Of a stretch of 25,340 nt of DNA, positions 14,183 to 21,999 are shown one piece after another (the first letter of the stretch is position 1; each line of letters starts with the position of its first letter). The DNA is from a virus (lineage: Duplodnaviria; Caudoviricetes), in the IMG/VR virus record IMGVR_UViG_3300021791_000009, positions 1-25,340 of that record; one strand, 5' to 3'. The position numbers and the translations under genes were made by a program. Under the pieces are notes generated by a model. It ran no database searches. It saw only the letters and a program-made list of their open reading frames with translations, and was not told where the DNA came from.

Positions 14183-14257
14183 GTTGATTAGCTTAGGCCG
14201 TCATCGGTGTCCCTCAGGCCGAACAGCAGCGCCACTAGAAGGCTCAACTTTGCTGCC
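14183..14257 (-). ncRNA. HDV-like ribozyme, CPEB3-like type (Rz1)
   Basis: P1 GGCAGC/GCTGCT, P2 GTTGA/TCAAC, P3 GCC/GGC, L3 TTCTAGT, GT, J4/2 CTAA. Confidence 0.78.
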
Positions 14258-14556
14258 GGACCACTGGGTTGGTACAATGTCTAAGACATCGAGCAAGCCC
14301 AGTGGCCTCACTTCGTAAGGAATTGAGATTGAGACACGTTCGGTGGTTACGATCCCACAGGCTCTACAGCCCAGCCGCTTTGAAAAATCCATTCAAGGCT
14401 CCGAACGCTTTGGCTTCAACCCGCCCGTATCCAGTTGGATGCTGTGTAGCATGGGTCACAGAGGCCCGCCTCCATGCTGCGGACCTGCTTTGAGTAAAGC
14501 CAACGGTAGCGACATCCCATCATGGGGGCTTTCCGCCTCTTCGCGATCCGTCGCTG
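14258..14556 (-). ncRNA. Candidate ~300-nt structured leader RNA
   Basis: Consecutive multibranch stems (AGCGAC/GTCGCT; TTGGCTTTA/TGAAGCCAA; CGTTCGG/CCGAACG; CCACTGGG/CCCAGTGG) between the promoter and Rz1; no convincing ORF. Confidence 0.5.
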
Positions 14557-14562
14557 TAATAG

Positions 14563-14591
14563 TTATCGGCAAGGCATGCCCATCACTTTAG
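14563..14591 (-). promoter_or_regulatory. Sigma28 (FliA/SigD)-like promoter of the early operon
   Basis: CTAAAG-N15-GCCGATAA: perfect -10 box, spacer 1 nt longer than the E. coli consensus; an upstream T-tract; the structured leader starts 6-8 nt downstream. Confidence 0.65.
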
Positions 14592-14881
14592 TAGTTAGCA
14601 AAAAAAAAGCAGAGCATTAGCAGGGCAGGGCAGGGGGGGTGGGGTGTGGTTATTGTCGAGACAGCGAAGGATCGAGCACGCGCGTACCACAGCAGCTGCA
14701 CAGCGTCAACACACGCATGATCCCTGCTGTTTTGGGCGTATGTGTACATAACCGAGCTTATCAGACGTTGAATATGGGACCCATTTGATCGATCTCGACC
14801 GCCTCAGACCGAACCAACCGCCCCCGACCTAGCGTACGCTATATAAGACATAAGACCCACTCACCGATTCTGGAGGTTGAA

Positions 14882-15130
14882 ATGGCCCGCTGGTTCGTTC
14901 TTACGTTTGGTGGTATTGCCTTCCTGCTGGCCGCTTTGGTGGGCCAGCTAGTGGCTGTAGTGGTATGTTCCGAGGGGGACCCAACCCTTATCCTGTGTTC
15001 CATTGTCGTCGGCAACAGTGCTGCTACGACGATGCTAGTATTCTGGTGCCACTATGCGGATCGCATGTTGCGAGCCGAGTATTGGCGAGAACTGGGCGGA
15101 AAGCCCAACAGGAGGAAGAAGGATGCGTAG
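14882..15130 (+). CDS. Small two-TM membrane protein
   Basis: RBS GGAGG, two hydrophobic segments, basic C-terminus (holin-like topology). Confidence 0.6.
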   Translation: MARWFVLTFGGIAFLLAALVGQLVAVVVCSEGDPTLILCSIVVGNSAATTMLVFWCHYADRMLRAEYWRELGGKPNRRKKDA

Positions 15131-15968
15131 GGACCCGTCACTCAGGTTGGTCGAGGTATTGGCCGCATTGGCAGCTGTTTCGGTAATGGCTGCTTATACG
15201 ATGGCCCACGACCAGAAGCTGCCGAAGGATGTTCCGGCTTACATGCAGGACATCAGCGTAACGATCAGGGCGGGTTTCTCGGAAGGCAGCGGCGTTGCCA
15301 TCAGTAGAGGCGATCAGACGTTCGTATGGACGGCGGGGCACGTGGTGGATGGGTTGCGTAAGACGCGGAAGGTTACGGACCCGAAGACGGGGACCCAGCG
15401 GACTATTATCGAGTTCGACGACGCCAAGATTCTAAAGACGCTTGTGGAGGGCGGCAGGACGGTTGGCAGGCTGGAGATGGACGCCGAGGTGATTCGTTAC
15501 TCGGACGCCGACAACGGCCACGATCTCGCCATCCTTCGTGTCCGCAAGAAGGGCTTTATCAAGATCAGCGCGATCTTCTACGACGAGGGAAAGCCGCCCA
15601 AGCTGGGAACCCGCCTCTTTCACGTGGGCTCCCTACTTGGCCAAGTGGGCTCGAACAGCATGACTTCAGGTATCGTCAGTCAGCACGGTCGCTTGATCGG
15701 CAAGGTAACCTTCGACCAGACGACGGTAACGGCCTTCCCCGGAAGCTCGGGTGGCGGCGTATACTTGACTGACGGTCGATATGTAGGGATGCTTGTCCGT
15801 GGGGCCGGTGAGGGTTTCAACCTGATCGTCCCTGTTCGCAGGATGCGTAAATGGGCCAAGAACGCCAACGTCCTCTGGGCACTTGACCCTCGAGTAAAGA
15901 TGCCCTCTGAGGATGACATGAAGAAGATTCCTGTCGAGGACATCGGGGCTGACTTTGGAGGGAAGTAA
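15123..15968 (+). CDS. Secreted trypsin-like (S1) serine protease
   Basis: GSGV, WTAGHV, DLAIL and PGSSGGG motifs; signal-like N-terminus from ATG 15123. Confidence 0.88.
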   Translation: MRRDPSLRLVEVLAALAAVSVMAAYTMAHDQKLPKDVPAYMQDISVTIRAGFSEGSGVAISRGDQTFVWTAGHVVDGLRKTRKVTDPKTGTQRTIIEFDDAKILKTLVEGGRTVGRLEMDAEVIRYSDADNGHDLAILRVRKKGFIKISAIFYDEGKPPKLGTRLFHVGSLLGQVGSNSMTSGIVSQHGRLIGKVTFDQTTVTAFPGSSGGGVYLTDGRYVGMLVRGAGEGFNLIVPVRRMRKWAKNANVLWALDPRVKMPSEDDMKKIPVEDIGADFGGK

Positions 15969-16549
15969 TGGGCAATGCTACCGAGGACTTCGCGCAGCGT
16001 CTGAAAGACGAAGGGAATTGGTCCGACTTCAAGGCTCTTCGGAAAGCCTTGGAGGACGAGGGTCATTCAAAGAAGGATTCTTGGTACGCGGCTGCTGATG
16101 AGTTTGGCTATAACTCGGGGGCGGCAATGCCACCCGCCTCTACCCCGCAAAATGTGGTAAGCCCCCCCGAGTTGCCAAGCAAGTACGCCAAGAAGTCTGC
16201 TTTTGAGGGCAGGACCTCCTCCTTGAAGCAGGATTACCAGTGGGTATACGAGAATCTTGCCGTGGAGGACGTTGACCCCGAGACTGCTCCCAGTAGTGGG
16301 TCTTGGGGCTTGTTGCAGTTCGCCCGCAACGATCCCAAGAGCTTCTACGTCGAGTGGATGAGGATGGTTTCCCGTCAGGAGAGTTCTGACGAGGTCATGG
16401 AGGGTTTTGCGGAAGATGCCTCGCGCTCCACAGATGAAATCGCCAAGATGGTCAGGCTCCTCAGGAATGCCGCTGGCCTTGGAAGTCCCGAAGACGCTGG
16501 AGGAGAACCTGCTGTACCGGCAGGAGATTCTCCAGCAGAGCGGGAATGA
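15968..16549 (+). CDS. Putative terminase small subunit
   Basis: Helical 193-aa protein directly upstream of and overlapping terL; call is by position only. Confidence 0.5.
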   Translation: MGNATEDFAQRLKDEGNWSDFKALRKALEDEGHSKKDSWYAAADEFGYNSGAAMPPASTPQNVVSPPELPSKYAKKSAFEGRTSSLKQDYQWVYENLAVEDVDPETAPSSGSWGLLQFARNDPKSFYVEWMRMVSRQESSDEVMEGFAEDASRSTDEIAKMVRLLRNAAGLGSPEDAGGEPAVPAGDSPAERE

Positions 16550-18272
16550 CAGGGAACTCCAGCGGGTCCTCTGGGACGCCTGTAGCAGGGACATCCTGTT
16601 TTGGATCAACACGTTCGCGTGGACGTACGACCCTCGTGTAATCAGTGACGGTCGCAGCCCCAAGCTGCCGTTTATCACTTGGAAGTTCCAAGACAACGCC
16701 TTCCTGTGTCTCGACGAGTCCATTGGCATGACCGATGTGATCGTCGAGAAGTCTCGAGACATGGGGGCGTCGTGGATATGCCTGACGACGTTTGCCTATC
16801 ACTGGCTGTTCCGTCCGATGGAGAGCTTCCTGATGGTGAGCAGAAAGGAGGCACTCGTTGACGGCGCGGGTGACTCCCTGTTCTCCCACATCGATTTCAT
16901 CCTCAAGGGACTCCCGTCTTGGATGCGCCCCCAGAGGAAGCGGAACAAGCTAAAGCTGATAAACGAGGAGAACGGCAGCAAGATCGAGGGCGAGTCAACG
17001 ACCGATAACATTGGCCGTGGTGGCCGTCGTACTGCCCTGCTCATAGACGAGTTCGCCGCTTTCGATCAGGGCGGGTGGGACGTGCTGTCGGCTACTGCTG
17101 ACAACACGAACACGAGGCTGTTCAACAGTACCCCCAACGGAACGGCAAATGCCTTCTTCGCCCAGCTGGAGGCGGGGACCCCGAGGATCAGGATGCACTG
17201 GTCCGACCACCCAGAGAAGGGGGCTGGCCTGTACATCCCTCACAGGAACGGGGAGGTGGAGATAGTCGACGAGGACTACAAGTTCCCCGATGGGTTCGTC
17301 TTCGATCAGGATGTGCCCAGTGGGGAGGAAGGCTGCCGCTCCCCTTGGTACGACAAGGAATGCGTACGCCGTAGCCACGCCGTGGAGATCGCCACCCAGC
17401 TGGACATCGATTATCAGGGTTCGGCGTACCCGTTCTTTGATCCACAAACCATGCGGGAACTGCGATTAGAGTTTTGCAGGGAGCCGTCACATATAGGACA
17501 ATTGAGGGTGCTGCCGGGGTACGAGCCGGAATTCATTGAAGGGGAAGGTGACCTGAGACTCTGGTGCGACCTCGATGAAAACGGCATGCCTCCGCTTGAT
17601 CGTGATTACGTTGTTGGCTGCGATGTGTCTCAGGGTACTGGCGCGAGCGATTCTGCTCTGTCAGTGGGGGATCGTTTATCGGGAGAGAAGGTCGCGGAGC
17701 TTTGTTCTAATCAGGTCAGCGCGAATCGTTTTGCGGAGCTTGCTGTTGCGCTATGCCGGATGTTTCACGGGCATGGCGGACGTGGTGCTTACCTTATCTG
17801 GGAAGCAACAGGTCCGGGGCGAACCTTCGGCAGGACCGTAGTGGACGACTGTAGGTACTCGAACATATACTACAAGACTGACGAGACTAGCCTCCGCAGG
17901 AAGCAATCGGATCGACCGGGGTGGTTCAGCAACGCGGAGGCAAAGAAGGACTTACTGACAGGTTACAGGGACTCTCTTGTTTCAAAGACTTTCATAAACC
18001 CATCGTCTAGGGCTGTCGCTCAGGCACTGGAGTTTGTCTACACTACAAGCGGTCGCATAGAACACGGTGGGGCGAACACGACGCCCGACCCATCGGACTC
18101 TGGAGACAATCACGGTGATGTGGTTATTGCTGACGCACTGTGTTGCAAGGTGGTCAGGGAACGTCAGCAAAAGTCTGCCAAGAGGCATGCCGCCCCGCCT
18201 CACGTTATGTCCTTCGAGTGGCGTCGTCAGCAGCGTGAACTGGAAAAGGCCCTGTCAAAGGATGGCTGGTAG
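16467..18272 (+). CDS. terL: Terminase large subunit
   Basis: Walker A EKSRDMGAS, Walker B LLIDE, motif III NSTPNG, nuclease motifs GCDVSQG and HGDVVIADAL. Confidence 0.92.
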   Translation: MPLALEVPKTLEENLLYRQEILQQSGNDRELQRVLWDACSRDILFWINTFAWTYDPRVISDGRSPKLPFITWKFQDNAFLCLDESIGMTDVIVEKSRDMGASWICLTTFAYHWLFRPMESFLMVSRKEALVDGAGDSLFSHIDFILKGLPSWMRPQRKRNKLKLINEENGSKIEGESTTDNIGRGGRRTALLIDEFAAFDQGGWDVLSATADNTNTRLFNSTPNGTANAFFAQLEAGTPRIRMHWSDHPEKGAGLYIPHRNGEVEIVDEDYKFPDGFVFDQDVPSGEEGCRSPWYDKECVRRSHAVEIATQLDIDYQGSAYPFFDPQTMRELRLEFCREPSHIGQLRVLPGYEPEFIEGEGDLRLWCDLDENGMPPLDRDYVVGCDVSQGTGASDSALSVGDRLSGEKVAELCSNQVSANRFAELAVALCRMFHGHGGRGAYLIWEATGPGRTFGRTVVDDCRYSNIYYKTDETSLRRKQSDRPGWFSNAEAKKDLLTGYRDSLVSKTFINPSSRAVAQALEFVYTTSGRIEHGGANTTPDPSDSGDNHGDVVIADALCCKVVRERQQKSAKRHAAPPHVMSFEWRRQQRELEKALSKDGW

Positions 18273-20062
18273 TGAACCCGAATAACAGCAAGGACATGGC
18301 TCGCCTGCACAGGGCGATGGAGGCTTCAAGGCGCAAGATGGAGCCGTTTCGCCGCAGGCACAGGGAATCAATCGAGCAGTATGTCGGTGTCTACTACTCG
18401 GATGATGCCGCCACCAAGCCTGTTCATGTAAACCTCATGGAGCTTGCGGCGAACATCTACTTGCAGAACCTCGCCTCCAAGCCGCCCAGAGTTTCCGTAT
18501 TCTGCGACATCCCCAAGTTCCGGCCTCAGGCTGCGAAGCTGGAGGTCGTTATGAATCGAAAGCTGACCGACTACAGCATCCACCGGGCATTGCAGCGGGT
18601 GGTCAGGTCGGCCCTGTTCTCGATGGGGATTATGAAGGTTGGCCTGAAGTCGATGGGAGACTACACGGTCGACAACTACGAGTTCAGCAAGACAGAGCCG
18701 TTCGTGGAGTCCATTCTTCTAGACGACTGGGTCCACGACATGACGGCCCGTGTTGTCGAGGAGGTGTCCTTCGAGGGTCACCGGTACAGGGTGAATCGCA
18801 AGGATGCGATCAACGACAAGTCGTTCCGAAAGAACGTGAGAGAGAAGCTCAGGGGTTCTGAGATCACGAACTTCAATGAGTCGGGTGACGAGCGTCTCCA
18901 CACACTGTCTCAGGGATGGTCGGCATCTGACGACGAGATGGACCCGAGGGTTGAACTCTGGGAGGTCTTCATCCCCGAGGAGAAGCTGCTCGTCACGACT
19001 CTTCCAAACGATGATGGCCCACCCCTGAGGGTGGTGGAGTGGGACGGACCCGAAAACGGCCCATTCCACAAGCTGTTCTTCAACGAGGTGGACGGACAGA
19101 CAATGCCATTGGCCCCAGCCATGATGTGGCAGGGACTTCACAGGATCGTGAACGGACTCTACCGCAAGCTGGACCGTCAGGCCCAGCGGGTGAAGCATGT
19201 TGGTGTCACTCGCGGCGAGGACAGCGAGGACGCCGAGCGTCTCCGTATGGCTAGTGACGGCGAGATTGTCGCGGTCGACAACCCTGACGCCATTCAGGCC
19301 AAGAGCTTCGGCGGCGTGGACCAGAGCAACTTCGCCTTCATGCTCCAGTCAAAGGAACTGTTCTCTTGGCTCAACGGCAACTTGGACGCTCTTGGTGGCC
19401 TTGGTCCTCAGGCAGAGACACTGGGTCAGGACCAGCTGCTGTACGCCTCGGCCAACCAGCGAGTGTCCGGCATGCAGGACAGGGTCTACCTGTTCACGAA
19501 GCAGGTCCTACACGCCTTTGGGTATTACCTGTGGGAGAACCCATCCGAGAGCTACAACGCCGAGGTCCAACTGGGTGGGGGGATGCCTCCTCTCCAGTCT
19601 CCATTGACTGCCGGTGAGCGCGGTGGAGTGGACTACTACAACTACGACATTGACATCGAACCTCACTCGATGCAGTACCGTTCTCCTGCCCAGAGGATGC
19701 AGCAGATCAACCAGCTGGTCACGGGCGTCTTCATGCCAGCCATGCCGATAATGATGCAGCAGGGGCTACAGATCAACTTCGCAGAACTGGCTAAGATTTA
19801 CAGCAAGTACGCCGACCTGCCCGAGTTACTTGACATCGTGAAGTCTCCGGGCATGGACATGAACCAGCTTACGGCTGAGGCTCAGGGCGGACAGGAGGGC
19901 GGTCCTCAGGGCGGTGTGCAGCACAACATCAACGAGCGCATCTCGAGGCCGGGGGCGACTCCTCAGGGTGCGGAGCAGACATTGATAAATACAATGATGG
20001 GTGGTAGAAGTCAGGACAGCGAAAACGCTGGTGCAATGCGTCAACTAACAGGGATGGGATAA
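18272..20062 (+). CDS. Portal protein (P22/podovirus-like)
   Basis: 596 aa directly after terL, with VELWEV and GPF..L motifs and a Gln/Met-rich C-terminal barrel. Confidence 0.82.
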   Translation: MNPNNSKDMARLHRAMEASRRKMEPFRRRHRESIEQYVGVYYSDDAATKPVHVNLMELAANIYLQNLASKPPRVSVFCDIPKFRPQAAKLEVVMNRKLTDYSIHRALQRVVRSALFSMGIMKVGLKSMGDYTVDNYEFSKTEPFVESILLDDWVHDMTARVVEEVSFEGHRYRVNRKDAINDKSFRKNVREKLRGSEITNFNESGDERLHTLSQGWSASDDEMDPRVELWEVFIPEEKLLVTTLPNDDGPPLRVVEWDGPENGPFHKLFFNEVDGQTMPLAPAMMWQGLHRIVNGLYRKLDRQAQRVKHVGVTRGEDSEDAERLRMASDGEIVAVDNPDAIQAKSFGGVDQSNFAFMLQSKELFSWLNGNLDALGGLGPQAETLGQDQLLYASANQRVSGMQDRVYLFTKQVLHAFGYYLWENPSESYNAEVQLGGGMPPLQSPLTAGERGGVDYYNYDIDIEPHSMQYRSPAQRMQQINQLVTGVFMPAMPIMMQQGLQINFAELAKIYSKYADLPELLDIVKSPGMDMNQLTAEAQGGQEGGPQGGVQHNINERISRPGATPQGAEQTLINTMMGGRSQDSENAGAMRQLTGMG

Positions 20063-20769
20063 TGCCACAACAATTTATGATGCCCCGAGGTTGGCCTCCG
20101 CAGGGAACTCCTGCTGGACACGTTGCCCCTCCACGGCCCCCCGCAGCCTACCAGCCACCGGTTCGTGATTACCAACTGCCGAACATCGGGATCGGAGACG
20201 GGGGCATATTTGCTATGCCAAGCGACCCGTGGCTCGGCGGTCGGATTTCAATGCAAGCACCAAGCAGCAGGGTGCAGCCCCTGCCGCCGATTGGGTCACG
20301 CGCGCTTGATCTCGGGAAAGAGCGGTGGCAGGATTTGATCAAGAAGAAGGAAGAGTCGGGGAAGAAGAGGGTTGCCGAGAAAAAGAAGGAGCAAAAAGCC
20401 GCCCGCAAACAGCTGGACAAGCTGTTCAAGGACTTAAAGGAAAGTCAAGAAGAACTCAAGGTCCTCGTGCCTGACTATAGAGAAGAACCGATTGACCCGG
20501 AATTCTCCGGTGGCCCTCGAGGTCCGCGTCCCGGCCGCTGGCATGACATCCTGCCGCCGAACAGGCTCGCCCCTCCTCCGGGGGCTAGGGGGATTATGGA
20601 ACCACCAGCCCCACCAGTGCCCAGAGACATCCCTAGGCTGTTACCACCTAGTCGCATGAGTCCTCCGGTGCCCGGACATGGTGGGCCGGGGTACGAAGAA
20701 CCTCTTATGATGCCCAGACCGAGAGGTCCGGTACGGCGAGCACACAGGCCACTTAGAAACGAGGCGTAA
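20062..20769 (+). CDS. Proline-rich protein with central coiled coil
   Basis: Coupled start (TAATG), 235 aa, low complexity. Confidence 0.6.
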   Translation: MPQQFMMPRGWPPQGTPAGHVAPPRPPAAYQPPVRDYQLPNIGIGDGGIFAMPSDPWLGGRISMQAPSSRVQPLPPIGSRALDLGKERWQDLIKKKEESGKKRVAEKKKEQKAARKQLDKLFKDLKESQEELKVLVPDYREEPIDPEFSGGPRGPRPGRWHDILPPNRLAPPPGARGIMEPPAPPVPRDIPRLLPPSRMSPPVPGHGGPGYEEPLMMPRPRGPVRRAHRPLRNEA

Positions 20770-20771
20770 AG

Positions 20772-21200
20772 ATGCCACAAAAGAAAAGTTCTTGGCGAAA
20801 GGCGTTTGAGAAGAAGGCGAGAGCAGCCTTTCTGAGGCAGAGGATCGCCAACCTTCAACGCCAAATTTTCGAGACAATGCAAAGTACAAATCCGGGGCAG
20901 GTCTTCTCTGGGATAGAAGATCAGGCTAGGCGTATTGGGGCTGGCTACAGCCACCTTTCCGATGACGGCATCCGAGCCGCCGAAGATCAGGCTAGGCGTA
21001 TTGGGGCTGGCCACAGCATCCAGATCGGACCTCCCCCACCAACACCAGTGGACATGAGACAGAAGCGGACGAGACAGCTGAGACAGAAGCTGGGTCGCCG
21101 TGTGTTTCCTTGGTGGACAAGGGTACAGCCCAGCTTCATGGACCCGTACCGCCTGCTCGAACACCACCCTGTCCGCCCTATTGGTTCTGAGGGGTACTAG
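20772..21200 (+). CDS. Basic hypothetical protein with internal repeat
   Basis: EDQARRIGAG occurs twice. Confidence 0.55.
   Translation: MPQKKSSWRKAFEKKARAAFLRQRIANLQRQIFETMQSTNPGQVFSGIEDQARRIGAGYSHLSDDGIRAAEDQARRIGAGHSIQIGPPPPTPVDMRQKRTRQLRQKLGRRVFPWWTRVQPSFMDPYRLLEHHPVRPIGSEGY
20916..21011 (+). repeat. 30-bp perfect direct repeat, 66-bp period
   Basis: GAAGATCAGGCTAGGCGTATTGGGGCTGGC at 20916-20945 and 20982-21011. Confidence 0.9.
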
Positions 21201-21487
21201 TGACAGTCGTGTATAGGGTCAACGGTAAAGAGGTCACCCGCAGGGACTTCAACAGGAACCCCAAGGGTTTAGGACAAATCAGGCGTTCGTGGGAACCCTC
21301 TCAGGTAATCAAGTCGGACGGCGCGTCCGTTCACCCCTCGGATCGGGAAGCTGCGATGGACCACGCCAAGCGTAACGGGGTCCCGACCTTCTTTGACACT
21401 GATGGTAGGCCGCATTTCAAGAGCCTGAGACACCAGACCAAGTACCTGCGCAAGATCGGCATGCACAATAACGACGGAGTCCACTAG
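21200..21487 (+). CDS. Hypothetical protein between portal and scaffold
   Basis: Coupled start; SDGASVHP and GVPT.FD..G.P.F.S motifs. Confidence 0.65.
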   Translation: MTVVYRVNGKEVTRRDFNRNPKGLGQIRRSWEPSQVIKSDGASVHPSDREAAMDHAKRNGVPTFFDTDGRPHFKSLRHQTKYLRKIGMHNNDGVH

Positions 21488-21497
21488 AGGGTAAAAT

Positions 21498-21965
21498 ATG
21501 GCTACCACAGTTACAGCTGCTACGCTCACGGTGACTCTGACTGAGTCGGTTGAGCTAAACGGTGTTGAACAAGGCGGGACAGTTACCCTGTCTATAGGTT
21601 CAATCAACGAGATTATGAAGCGGATCGTTACTTGTGTGAACGGTCAGGATACAACGGTCCTCACGTTCAACAGCAACGCATACGCAGCGGCTGGAGCGTT
21701 GGACACCGAGGACGCTAAGTACATTCGGCTGACCAACCTTGATGACACCGAGTCCGTCGAGATCGCCGTTGTGACAGGGGCAACCCTGTATCAGGTCACA
21801 CTGCGAGCGGGTGAGAGTCACGTTCTTGGTTCGCCAGACGACCTCATGTTGGCAGCGGCTTCTACCAGTCCAACCTTCGGAACGATGGCAGACCTCGCAA
21901 ACATTCAGGTGAGGCCGACCGGTTCGGCTGCTGTTGATTTAGAAGTTTTCGTGGCTAGTGTATGA
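21498..21965 (+). CDS. Beta-rich putative virion protein
   Basis: Thr/Ala/Val-rich, KYIRLTNLDDT and DLEVFVAS motifs, lies in the head module. Confidence 0.65.
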   Translation: MATTVTAATLTVTLTESVELNGVEQGGTVTLSIGSINEIMKRIVTCVNGQDTTVLTFNSNAYAAAGALDTEDAKYIRLTNLDDTESVEIAVVTGATLYQVTLRAGESHVLGSPDDLMLAAASTSPTFGTMADLANIQVRPTGSAAVDLEVFVASV

Positions 21966-21999
21966 CGAGAGTAACCGTAAACCAAGAAGGAGATGAACA

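Noticed and set aside
9428-14257. Dispersed repeats (GCTTAGGCCGTC etc.) as a CRISPR array or REP/MITE family
   Set aside because: The copies are separated by whole genes and conserve pairing rather than sequence. The HDV ribozyme fold explains them, and no cas or transposase gene is present.
14836-14872. Plus-strand sigma28-like promoter (ATAAG...ACCGATTC) for the late block
   Set aside because: The match to consensus is too weak to call without TSS data.
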